A stretch of DNA of 64,000 nucleotides, from the NCBI GenBank assembly GCA_963807605.1, contig CAWECG010000004.1, positions 224,001 to 288,000 on the forward strand, in the 5' to 3' direction. Every line of letters begins with the position of its first letter. The first letter of the stretch is position 1. The notes beneath the pieces are model-generated. The model was not told the origin of the DNA. It did not search any database and worked only from the letters and a program-made list of their open reading frames with translations. Of the stretch, positions 51,034 to 60,477 are shown in pieces. The stretch is from Candidatus Bathyarchaeota archaeon (lineage in GTDB: Archaea > Thermoproteota > Bathyarchaeia > 40CM-2-53-6 > RBG-13-38-9). Position numbers and translations under genes: made by a program.

Positions 51034-51354
51034 CTACTCGGAAGAACCTGATGATTTCTGACCCGTCATCTTCTTTAGCAATTCCAAAGGCACTTTTGTT
51101 TTGACGATGGGTTGAATCTTGTAGGTATAGATTCGTTCTCCTTTTGAATCATAACATTATGTTCTAGCAGCATTCAGTAATTCCAACTTAACACTGATGG
51201 TTACTTGATCTGTTGTACGATAAACATTCCACTGATCTTGTGTCTTGACCTTGATACTATCATCCAGTTCTTCCTCTGTGAACTGAACAAGTTCATCCGG
51301 AGTATAATGCTTAGTAGATGGTTCACCCCAAAACTTCTCTGGCACCACAACTAC
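51034..51354 (-). pseudogene. 5'-truncated hypothetical gene with internal TAA (51157-51159)
   Basis: The frame continues past the stop: ...DQWNVYRTTDQVTISVKLELLNAART*CYDSKGERIYTYKIQPIVKTKVP... Confidence 0.55.
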
Positions 51355-51398
51355 GCTCTAGCGTGCGCTTGTATCTTGCCTGAGCAGGACTTCAGGGT

Positions 51399-53465
51399 TC
51401 AGGGTGGAATGTAGTTGAGGCATCTTAGGGCATAGTTGAGTGAAACGAAGAGAAAAGTGACCATGAATAGGATCTGACAAAGTCTACCCAGACGCCCACC
51501 CAGCCCGCCAAGTCTTGTCGATACAGTTGCAGCCCCAAAAACAGCGAGGATTTGGTATGGAACCATATAGAGCAGTCTCCACTGCCAAAACGAAGTCTCC
51601 ACCAGTAGTGGTATTGAAGTCACCAAAAGTAATGAGAATAGCAGTCTGCTCAGGTTACTATTGAAGCCTCTCGCCGAAGCTAAGCCTACAATAGAGAGCA
51701 AGATTAGGATCGGATTTGCGAAGAAGCCGCCTACGTAGTATTCGAAGGTGAACGAAAAAATGGTGAGAAAACTCGATAGATTGTTCAGACTTATAGATGC
51801 AAGTCCTTCGCTCGCGAGCCGGATAAACTCCCCCGTTGAGAACAACGAAATGACCAGTAAGAGCAGCGCGAGATTAGCGGCCACGACTATGATGCTCGAT
51901 TTCAGAAACTGACTTTTGGGCAGAGAACGTTTGGTTATCAAGGTCCGAGGAAGACTTAAGACTACAAATACTCCGAGAGCCGTGAGCACAACCGCCCAAG
52001 TCCAAGCATGTATTACAAGAGTGACTACACTGCCAAAGATCACCATCAGCACGTGCGAATTTGAAGGTTGCTGCCACATCAATACCAGAAGGCTGAAGAA
52101 AAGTGCAGTCCACCCGAGCGCAAGCCAATTCGCGAAGGTACCTGCAAAAATTCCGACGGTTGTCGCTATCGAGAACAAACCAATAAACGCCGAGAAGGAG
52201 GCTAAGACATCGTCTCGCGTGATAGTCCTGAATAGTAGTAAAGTTGCTACTCCCACTAACGTTGCTGGAACTGCTGGACCGATTTTGACCACGAGCTCAG
52301 CTGGAAATGAGGTTAGAACTTTGATCGCATACAGTATTAGCAAGTAGGGTACTCTACTTGCACCGCCGTAACTAGAGATTATGTGGTGGAAACCCTCTGA
52401 GGTTGACATTGCAATAAGATTCTGATAGTACCAAGGTGTATCTACGCCGATGAGTCTTTTTGTGTAGAAATAAGGATAGTATACAAGGAACAGGGAGCTG
52501 CATACTATCGCGGGGATGGTTAGATACACAAGATATTTGTGATTCCTGGACGACCGAGTGAGGGCGTCGTTGTTTATGGAGTAGAGAGGTTTATCAGTTG
52601 TTGACATACGACGAGGTATCACGTTTTCTTGATGATGAACCCCAGCCGAGAACCCGAGTTGTTTGACAAGAGATCGTAAGCAGGGAATCCACAACCATGA
52701 GAACATTAGAGCTGCCAGAGCGGGCAGAGCAACAGGATAGAGAACACCGAGAAGTTTCACCTCAAGCGAAGCGAAGAGCCATCTTGGTTCACCATCAAAG
52801 GGAACGTGTGGATTCAGGGTGTTGTATAACCAGCCAGCGGCAGAGCCTATCTCTATTACGAGGGCTGTCGTTAGAAGTGAAGCTACGAATCCCAGCGCGA
52901 GGCCTTTAGGGTTTTCAACTACTTCGGCCCCACGAAGCAATAAGGGAAAGAATGCGGTTACCACTGCCGAAACGATTCCAAAGAATGCTGCAGCCAGGTT
53001 TATGCCCAAGAGATAAAAAGCAATAGAAGAGAATATGAGCAGAATTGGCAGAATTGTGACTCGTCTCCTAAGAAGCACCTTATTTTGGAGTGCTATCCAA
53101 GCCGCCGCCACGGTAAGACTGAAAGCGACCCACAGTAGCCCATCTGTCTGAGGACCGAAGAACTGTACCTGGACTATGTTCGGAGTATAGGCTAAGTAGG
53201 ATTTTATCCCAATTGAACTTGTAAGTATCGGGAGACTGAAGAGGAGAATGAATGAAGTTAGGACCGAGATTAAGACATGCAGGACTTTGCGTCCGAAACG
53301 AAATGCAAGAATGAGTATCGCTACAAGGACAAGTCCATATAGCGGCAGAGCAATGCTTGCTGGCCCAAATTGGCTTGGAGTTCGTGTCAATAGCGATATA
53401 GTACGCGCGCGCGTCAGCACAGCAATGAGCTGAACTGTCTGCATGTATCTGCCAAGCATAACCAA
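51399..53465 (-). CDS. Polytopic membrane protein, probable GT-C fold glycosyltransferase
   Basis: Many TM helices, a GVDTPWY loop, and HAWTW and WRLLYMVP motifs. Confidence 0.6.
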   Translation of the reverse strand: MVMLGRYMQTVQLIAVLTRARTISLLTRTPSQFGPASIALPLYGLVLVAILILAFRFGRKVLHVLISVLTSFILLFSLPILTSSIGIKSYLAYTPNIVQVQFFGPQTDGLLWVAFSLTVAAAWIALQNKVLLRRRVTILPILLIFSSIAFYLLGINLAAAFFGIVSAVVTAFFPLLLRGAEVVENPKGLALGFVASLLTTALVIEIGSAAGWLYNTLNPHVPFDGEPRWLFASLEVKLLGVLYPVALPALAALMFSWLWIPCLRSLVKQLGFSAGVHHQENVIPRRMSTTDKPLYSINNDALTRSSRNHKYLVYLTIPAIVCSSLFLVYYPYFYTKRLIGVDTPWYYQNLIAMSTSEGFHHIISSYGGASRVPYLLILYAIKVLTSFPAELVVKIGPAVPATLVGVATLLLFRTITRDDVLASFSAFIGLFSIATTVGIFAGTFANWLALGWTALFFSLLVLMWQQPSNSHVLMVIFGSVVTLVIHAWTWAVVLTALGVFVVLSLPRTLITKRSLPKSQFLKSSIIVVAANLALLLLVISLFSTGEFIRLASEGLASISLNNLSSFLTIFSFTFEYYVGGFFANPILILLSIVGLASARGFNSNLSRLLFSLLLVTSIPLLVETSFWQWRLLYMVPYQILAVFGAATVSTRLGGLGGRLGRLCQILFMVTFLFVSLNYALRCLNYIPP

Positions 53466-53806
53466 GTATCCAGCCGGTTTTGGGAATGAAGTATCTTAAT
53501 CTTCGTTTAATAAACCAATACTTCACTCATCGCAGCGATTGGGTTTGGACTGAGCCCCCCAATCAAGGGATAGCCGGCTTCGAAGAAGTTGACAGGTTTT
53601 ACCTCTTTTGTGACTGTACGTGGCGAGAGGAAGAGTTCAAGAATTCAAAAGTCCGTGAACCATCGGATTTGGTGACAATGACACAAGCATTCTTGTACTG
53701 CATGGGACGAGCTGAAAAATACAGCTTTGTTATTCGTCTTTCTTTAAAATCAGTCTTGTAACGCCCGAAAACACGGGGCTACATACTATTCTGTCTTCCA
53801 AGCGCA

Positions 53807-56170
53807 TTAGTCATGCTGTTGCCAGTATTTTGCAAGGGTGTTTGAGATTCTCAGTGAAGGGAGTAGTCCAATCAAGATTCCAGTTGAGGATGCTAGACTA
53901 GCGGTAAAGACTGTGAGAAGATAGTGGGAAGGACTAATCGGATCTGTTACGTTCAATTCCTCGAGAACTAGATAGGAGAAGCTGAGTACCCAAACGACAA
54001 TTAATAGTAATGTCACTCGTTTGCTGATCGATCGCTTGGTCACGATCACCGCCAACAACAAGATGATCGAGGCCCAAGGGAAAACATAGAAAAGCCCGAT
54101 AAGAGCTGACCCTGTGATGATTGCGACGACTGGCCCTAAGGGCTTGAAATGGGCCAGAGAGAAGTAAGCAGCGTCTGAGACCCACATGCCAAATGTGAAG
54201 AAGGCTTTTGATGCGTCCGCAACTGGCTTGGGACCATTTAACTCGTCATACAGACTGGAAGAAGTGTCGCCGAATGTCGCCGCCAACTTCCCGAATCTCA
54301 ACATGCTCTGGCTGATAGCTACAACTTGTGGGTCGCTTGTGGCTGCACTGAGAGAGGCATCTCCAGGCATTACTGCTCGTATCTGAACAAGGCCAGTTCT
54401 GTCAGGTTCCCACTCATATCGATACTGCCCTTGCTCGTCTGTTTCAACCCCTGCTAGAATTCTCCATGGCTCTCCACTGACCCTGCACTCAATATTGACC
54501 TTGGCCTGAGCGGGAGGGGTGATTCTTCCCGTTATCATCAGTCGTCCCGTAGATAGAAGACTCGATATTGAGACGCTGCAGAACAATTGGGTGGGCTGTT
54601 TGTGATTGGTGAAGACTGCAACAAGTCTCTCCGGTCCAGTCAGTAGTATTGGCGAGGTGACTTCTGCTTCATATTGATTCCTCCAGTCCTTCAAGAAGAA
54701 GGTTGATTCCGTCTGAGTTCCCGGGAATGTGATGTTGAAGTATAATGTCGAGTTCTCTGGAGCCCATTCTTGCATGTTTTGGGCAGATTGAGAAGATGTC
54801 TCTTGGCCGTTCAATGTATATGTGATTAGTGTCCCCTCTGGTAATCCTTCCGTTGCCAGCACCACTCTGAAGAAAGTTTGCCAGTTTGCGTGAAGAGTTT
54901 TGGGGCTGTCCATCGTCACAGATGTGGAGTTATTTCCCGTATCAACGTCGCCAGACCAACCTTCAAAATAACCTTTCGTATCCTCATTTTCTATGAATCC
55001 TGGCGTAGTAATCGGAACAGTCTGGCCTTCAGGATACCATCCGCTCCCCATGACACCTGAATATGCGGACTGTATTGTCAACAGAAATTCCTTGGAGAAC
55101 TCTGCCGAGACCGTTTCGTTAGATTTTACGTTTAATGTTAGAGGGTTTCCGGTACTACCATCGGACCAATGGTTGAATTTTAGTCGTACGCCGCCATTTC
55201 CGATAGTAATATTCTCCACACCTACGGCATGTAGTCCTTGATTCAAGGCTATGCTGAAAGGGCTGTTATCTCTGCGTTCAAATCTGAAACCGTCGACCCA
55301 GAAGAGTCTAGCATCCTGAGGAGTGTTGACAAAGAGCTGGTAGGTGGGAACTTTGCCACTCCATGTGCCCGTCAACGATCTTTGTTCAAGAACGTAGTAG
55401 TCATTTAACCGGAGAGTGTGGCCAAGAAGAATGTTATTTTTGTCTTTGGCGTTCATATAGATTATGCTGAAGTAGTAATCGCCTGAATTGCCCACCAAGA
55501 GAGCCCAGAGTTCATTCCATCCCGACTTGGGATTTATTGTGTTGCGAAGAGCATAGAGGTTTAGAACTGAAGAATTCTCTTTGAGATACCCATAGTTTCC
55601 CACTATGAATATGTCTGGCCCAGTCGCGTAGATCTTGTTCTCTGTCTGGCTAAGAGGCGCCAGTGATAGTTTTCGAAACGATGTCGGTCTCGGTCCTGAT
55701 TGTGTTTGGAAGACCGTAGCTTTGCCGCTATAAGAAAACATCTGGTACGTTGCCGGGGCGTACTCAAAGATTCCTAGCTCAAAGCTTGTCGATCCGTTTA
55801 CGAAGTAGAGAAAGGCTATGCAAAAGTTGTTCTCGGTCACGTTGGCCAAGAAGAAAGCATCCATATTCTGCTCGGTCCAGAAGAGATGCTTCCAAGGTTT
55901 GAAGTAAACTTTGGTTCCGGAAAGTTCAATGGTTCCACCATCTTGAGTTAACGAGACGCCTTCGCCCCTGTAATTCTGCCCCGTTGCATTGAAACCTGAA
56001 ATCTGATTGTCATAAGTGCTACCTAGTCTGTGAAGTAAGTTCTCAGTCGTGCCATTCTGGGTATCACAGACTGCAAACTCCGATAGCGACAGAGTTCGAA
56101 AAGATGGCGGAACAAGGCAGAGACAGAATAGAACAATTATGCAAAGTCGTACACTTCTGAGTCGGAACAT
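53807..56170 (-). CDS. Large secreted surface protein with InlB-B-like repeats, Ig-like domain and C-terminal TM bundle
   Basis: Signal peptide; FNHWSDG, GSGWYPEG and FEGWSGD repeats; TDEQGQYRYEW Ig-like segment; 3-4 C-terminal TMs. Confidence 0.7.
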   Translation of the reverse strand: MFRLRSVRLCIIVLFCLCLVPPSFRTLSLSEFAVCDTQNGTTENLLHRLGSTYDNQISGFNATGQNYRGEGVSLTQDGGTIELSGTKVYFKPWKHLFWTEQNMDAFFLANVTENNFCIAFLYFVNGSTSFELGIFEYAPATYQMFSYSGKATVFQTQSGPRPTSFRKLSLAPLSQTENKIYATGPDIFIVGNYGYLKENSSVLNLYALRNTINPKSGWNELWALLVGNSGDYYFSIIYMNAKDKNNILLGHTLRLNDYYVLEQRSLTGTWSGKVPTYQLFVNTPQDARLFWVDGFRFERRDNSPFSIALNQGLHAVGVENITIGNGGVRLKFNHWSDGSTGNPLTLNVKSNETVSAEFSKEFLLTIQSAYSGVMGSGWYPEGQTVPITTPGFIENEDTKGYFEGWSGDVDTGNNSTSVTMDSPKTLHANWQTFFRVVLATEGLPEGTLITYTLNGQETSSQSAQNMQEWAPENSTLYFNITFPGTQTESTFFLKDWRNQYEAEVTSPILLTGPERLVAVFTNHKQPTQLFCSVSISSLLSTGRLMITGRITPPAQAKVNIECRVSGEPWRILAGVETDEQGQYRYEWEPDRTGLVQIRAVMPGDASLSAATSDPQVVAISQSMLRFGKLAATFGDTSSSLYDELNGPKPVADASKAFFTFGMWVSDAAYFSLAHFKPLGPVVAIITGSALIGLFYVFPWASIILLLAVIVTKRSISKRVTLLLIVVWVLSFSYLVLEELNVTDPISPSHYLLTVFTASLASSTGILIGLLPSLRISNTLAKYWQQHD

Positions 56171-56680
56171 TCTTCAATTTACCTCGGATTTCTCTTAGAC
56201 TTAGATGCTCTCCTTGTGACTCAGAAGACTCTGATGGCGGATCATTGCTCAGGTCGTGCGGGTTTGCGCGGCTATTATTGCTCTTATCTCAGACGGGCGA
56301 CCACCAGAGATTGACATTGCCATCGCGAGACTCTTTCGTACACCTTTGTGATTAGGCGGGGAAGCTCTTTTGGTTTCTAAGTCTTTTTCGTAGAGGGTAA
56401 TGGAGTTGACAATACAGTTTCGTAGACTTCTGGCATGGTATTCGCCGCATGAAGTAATCTTCTCTTGACCTGTCCAATCTTTAGCAACTTTGCCCAACCC
56501 TTCGTGCAAGGGTGTGTCTTCTCTAGCACTCCATGTCGGAAGGTTACATACGTACAGCCAGTCAGAGCAGTCAGACCGTTTATGAAACGCCACGGCTGGA
56601 GCTGGCTAAGGCTTAACTGTGTGCGTTCTGGAAATCTTAAATTGAGTTCGCTGCAACTAGTTGCATGGTTTGAAAGAGCA

Positions 56681-57427
56681 ATGGAACGTATTCAGACAGG
56701 GGTAAGAGGGCTCGATGAGCTACTTGAGGGCGGGCTTCCCAAAGGTAAGTGTATCCTAGTGGTTGGTTGTCCTGGCGCAGGGAAGACCATTCTCCTTATG
56801 CAGTTCCTACGAAGTGGAGCCTTGGCGGATGAGCGCGGACTCTATGTGGCGATGGATGAGACGCCCGAGGAAGTCAAGGCAAATATGTCCTCTTTCGGCT
56901 GGAACCTCGATGAGCTTGAGGGGAAGGGCCGACTATTGTTCTTGGATGCCACCATGTTGCGGCACAGAGGTCTTCGAAGAAGTTCCGTTCTTGTACCGGG
57001 GATAGAAGAGATCTCGGCGGAGCCGAGGATGACCGTTAAACTCTTGGTTCAGACTATATTGCGAATTGTCAAGGAAGAGGGGATTCAACGAATCACCATC
57101 GACCCTATAACCTCAATAATGTTGCGATATGGTGAGCCTTACAAGAGAAGGCGCGCCATGTTGATGTTCTTTGATGCTATGATAGAGTCAGGTTGCACCT
57201 CACTCATTACGACAGAATTGAGGACGAGCGTACTGAGGAGATCATTCCAACTGGAAGAGTTCCTCTCCCAAGGGGTAATCCTCTTACACATGTTTGTACA
57301 CGCCGGCAATGTTGTAAGAGCGATCCAAGTGGAGAAGATGCGTGGGATTCCTCACGATGCTCAAATTAGACCATACCAGATTACATCAAACGGGATCGAA
57401 GTCTATCCAAAAGATCGTGTCTTCTAA
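56681..57427 (+). CDS. Single-domain KaiC/RAD55-like ATPase
   Basis: TGVRGLDELLEGGLP, GCPGAGKT, ITIDP and VEKMRG motifs. Likely start is ATG 56681. Confidence 0.9.
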   Translation: MERIQTGVRGLDELLEGGLPKGKCILVVGCPGAGKTILLMQFLRSGALADERGLYVAMDETPEEVKANMSSFGWNLDELEGKGRLLFLDATMLRHRGLRRSSVLVPGIEEISAEPRMTVKLLVQTILRIVKEEGIQRITIDPITSIMLRYGEPYKRRRAMLMFFDAMIESGCTSLITTELRTSVLRRSFQLEEFLSQGVILLHMFVHAGNVVRAIQVEKMRGIPHDAQIRPYQITSNGIEVYPKDRVF

Positions 57428-57443
57428 GAGAACTCTTGAGGAT

Positions 57444-59357
57444 TCACACAACTCCCTTGGCCCTGCTTGATCTGAAGACTATTCCCTTATCACTGTCAAC
57501 TCTGAACTCTGTCCACGTCTCGACATGTTTCTTCTTCATTTTCTTTATACGCATTCTTCTGCGATACTCGCCTGACTCCTCGATTGAAGAGGTCTCGATG
57601 ACGCAGTCCGACACCGCCTCTATAGTGTTCAGACCTTCTTTCTCTATCCCGGTTCCCAAGGTGTAGAAGAACCGGCCGTTAATCCCCTTCGTCTTTGCGC
57701 CAACTGAGAGGACGAAATTTGCGATGTAGTCATTCCTTAGCATCGTGAATAGCGGGGTTAGTGAGTCGATAAAGACGTCGGTGTTCTGGCCAAGTTTATC
57801 CAGGCACATGGAGACTTGGACTCCCAGCCCCGTCAGATCTCCGATGGCTGAAACCTTATGATCCTCTAGTGATGCTTGTCCTCCGGAAGCTGAATAACAA
57901 TCTATGAAGATGAGTTTTGAGGATTTCTCATATTCTTCGAGGTTTGGCTCAAAGGTCTTCAGGTCTCTTCTGAGGTTCGACGGATAATCCAAGTTTGTGA
58001 TGAAGATACAAGGGTTACCGCCTCTTAGACTCTTTATGAGGAGTTGGGTAGACAGAATTGTCTTGCCAGAACCTGGCAAACCTGATATCATCACTGAGGA
58101 TGATGGAGGTATCCCTCCTCCTGTCAGAAGGTCAAAGTAGCTGAAATCGTATTCATGAACCGCCCGTTTCCTGTGTCTTAGCAAGGTTGCTGCTGATGTG
58201 GTAGTGACAAACAAGAGAAAGATCGCCACTCCGGAGTTTATTATCCAGGGCTTGAGAACCTGTAGCACAACTTCTCGGCTTACACTCGACGAGAGCTGCA
58301 GTGTAATGTTCTGCGACGTGGATAAGGGGATGATCAGAAATGTGAGATCATACCTAACTTCAACATTGTATTTCGATTCGGGTAGTTGAGCGAAGCGGAT
58401 ACTACCGTCACTCGACGTATTGCCTTCGCCAATTACGGAGCCATTCGTGAGAAGCGTCACAGTTGCTCCCTCAACGGGGGAGCCAACAAGATCCAGTGCG
58501 AACAGCTCTAGGCTGTATACGTTACACTTAAGCTGTATCTCCGAGTCTCCGGAAATGTTATGGAAACTCTCGTTAACAATTTTGTCCCTCCATCTAACGA
58601 TAATCTGAGGAGTCGTTTCTATACCCTTTGGTAATAATGCCCTCACCCACCCTGTATCATTTGATCGGCCTGTCCAAATGCGGGCATCTGCCGTCAGTAT
58701 TGTGACGTTGGCACCAGCTATTGGCGTGTTGCCCGAATCAAGCGTCTGTATACCGAGAGCGTTGAACTCTTCTTCGATAGGTAGTGCAACACATGTGTCC
58801 CACTGCTCTTCATCCCAAAAGATCACTAGTGATGATGCATCCTGACTGGGAATGATGGAGAATACAATTGTCGAGCCGTTACTGAATGTATGGCTCAGCG
58901 GGATTCCAATAATGTATTGACTGGTCTGATCACTAACCGGAAGGGATACCAAGGCGCTTGAGACATGTTTGCTTACTCCTTCAGCATCGACTTCATAGAG
59001 TGAAAGGTTGAGGTGCACCGTTCCCTTCGCAAGTGAGCGTAGGTAGAGTCTATAGTTCACAGAGCCTTGTGTTGCAAGTTTTTTGGTAAGAGACGGATAA
59101 AGGATAAAACTAATCTCTCTATCTAAAATTGCAGATTGAGGTTGGCCGTAGGGTGGGGCAGTACTTAAGATCTTGTTTCCTTTAACGCTGACTCTGTAAT
59201 CGGTGTGAGCGTACAAGATCGTCATCTCCGCTAAGTCTGTTCTCTGCTGAGCCACAACATTCGCGCAAAAGAGAGGGCCCAGAGCAATCAAAAAGAAGAG
59301 ACACATTGTTAGGATTTCTCGGGTCAACAATCTGTCGCCTGCAAAAAATTGGTGCAC
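57444..59357 (-). CDS. Membrane-anchored receptor-like protein: extracellular beta-sandwich domains + TM + cytoplasmic KaiC-like ATPase
   Basis: Signal peptide, two carboxypeptidase-regulatory-like repeats (PIAGANVTI, PVEGATVTL), TM plus RHRKR, then FDLLTGGGIP, GLPGSGKT and FIDSL. Confidence 0.82.
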   Translation of the reverse strand: MHQFFAGDRLLTREILTMCLFFLIALGPLFCANVVAQQRTDLAEMTILYAHTDYRVSVKGNKILSTAPPYGQPQSAILDREISFILYPSLTKKLATQGSVNYRLYLRSLAKGTVHLNLSLYEVDAEGVSKHVSSALVSLPVSDQTSQYIIGIPLSHTFSNGSTIVFSIIPSQDASSLVIFWDEEQWDTCVALPIEEEFNALGIQTLDSGNTPIAGANVTILTADARIWTGRSNDTGWVRALLPKGIETTPQIIVRWRDKIVNESFHNISGDSEIQLKCNVYSLELFALDLVGSPVEGATVTLLTNGSVIGEGNTSSDGSIRFAQLPESKYNVEVRYDLTFLIIPLSTSQNITLQLSSSVSREVVLQVLKPWIINSGVAIFLLFVTTTSAATLLRHRKRAVHEYDFSYFDLLTGGGIPPSSSVMISGLPGSGKTILSTQLLIKSLRGGNPCIFITNLDYPSNLRRDLKTFEPNLEEYEKSSKLIFIDCYSASGGQASLEDHKVSAIGDLTGLGVQVSMCLDKLGQNTDVFIDSLTPLFTMLRNDYIANFVLSVGAKTKGINGRFFYTLGTGIEKEGLNTIEAVSDCVIETSSIEESGEYRRRMRIKKMKKKHVETWTEFRVDSDKGIVFRSSRAKGVV

Positions 59358-59360
59358 TAC

Positions 59361-60116
59361 TCACTTCGAAGGTAATTCTGATTCGAATCTACTCTTCGAG
59401 TCTATCATTTTGATATAGTCGATCATGAAGCATGAGATGACGAGTACCAAAAAGACCAGCTTTGTCGCAAAGACGATATTTATTGGGATCATGTGATGAA
59501 GAGGCCAAGGATTGACTATCATATCAGGATTTTGGAGCCCCTGTACAGAGAGGGCTGCTGTCCATACGACTATGTGGTAAACCAATTCGAAGCCGCTTGC
59601 CAGAACCCCAAGCCACACGATGGAGTAAAGAATTCTTCGAACATCCGGCAGCATCTGTTGGAAACGTCTTATTGATGATGGTGTGTAAAGCCCGAAAACG
59701 AACCACAGGAAGAAAGAGAATATGACGATCGTTATCGGCTTCATGTAGAGTCCTGGCAAAACCTCGACTTCGACTAGTACCAGGTTGTCGCCGACGATGT
59801 AAGGTGGGGTGGCTTTTATAGGGTAGATAATAATCACAAGGGCAGCCGTCATGCCGAATATCCAAGATAAGAGCGAGTACAGATAGCTCGTTACCCGCCT
59901 TATTTTTGGAAGTATGAAGATCGATATCATTATGCTGCCGCCGATAAAGATAAGGTAAGGTGGCGTAGGCGTCAGAGCTAAGATGACTGCACAAACGACT
60001 AGGACGACTGCAACATGCCAGAGATCTGAATACATTTCACTTCTCTCTGCAAGTGATGCCTTGAGACGCTTCACTACTGTCAACTCTTTCAGGCGAGTCT
60101 TCCAAACTTCACCCAC
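59361..60116 (-). CDS. Multi-TM hypothetical membrane protein
   Basis: About six TMs with an NPDMIVNPWP...NIVFATKL segment; 3 bp from the next gene. Confidence 0.7.
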   Translation of the reverse strand: MGEVWKTRLKELTVVKRLKASLAERSEMYSDLWHVAVVLVVCAVILALTPTPPYLIFIGGSIMISIFILPKIRRVTSYLYSLLSWIFGMTAALVIIIYPIKATPPYIVGDNLVLVEVEVLPGLYMKPITIVIFSFFLWFVFGLYTPSSIRRFQQMLPDVRRILYSIVWLGVLASGFELVYHIVVWTAALSVQGLQNPDMIVNPWPLHHMIPINIVFATKLVFLVLVISCFMIDYIKMIDSKSRFESELPSK

Positions 60117-60477
60117 TTAGATCATGGCATGTTATAAAGGCGGATATTCCAGGGCACTTGCAGGCTTCAGACGTTACCGCTCTGCCCCTACCCGCATTTC
60201 TTGGTAGAAACCAGCAAAATTACCGGGCACCATCTTTGTCGCTCCACATATTAAAATGAAAGATAAATCGCTAGGCTCCTTCCAACCTGCCTCCATGTAC
60301 TGCTTGGAAACATCGATCCGAATTTCAGACCAGCGGTTCAGCGCGCACTTCTGAAAACCTTCATAGAAAAGGAACCCTGAGGCGAAAAGGCAAAAGATCC
60401 TCAGGATAAAGTCCTTGTGTCTGACTAGGCGAATAACGCTCAACTCTGAGTTCAGACTTTCCATTTAAGTTGTGCCT

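Larger units (their letters stand above)
50491..51357. mobile_element. Element E3: truncated remnant (left TIR + cargo only)
   Basis: Starts with the TIR GGTTCTGTCAAATT. No transposase, right TIR or fourth CTATTTCT was seen. The right boundary is inferred from a 5'-truncated ORF. Confidence 0.65.

Noticed and set aside
56171-56680. ORF 56249-56593 and the long N-terminal extension of the KaiC ORF
   Set aside because: The KaiC homology starts at ATG 56681. The region looks like a divergent intergenic spacer with no recognisable coding signal.
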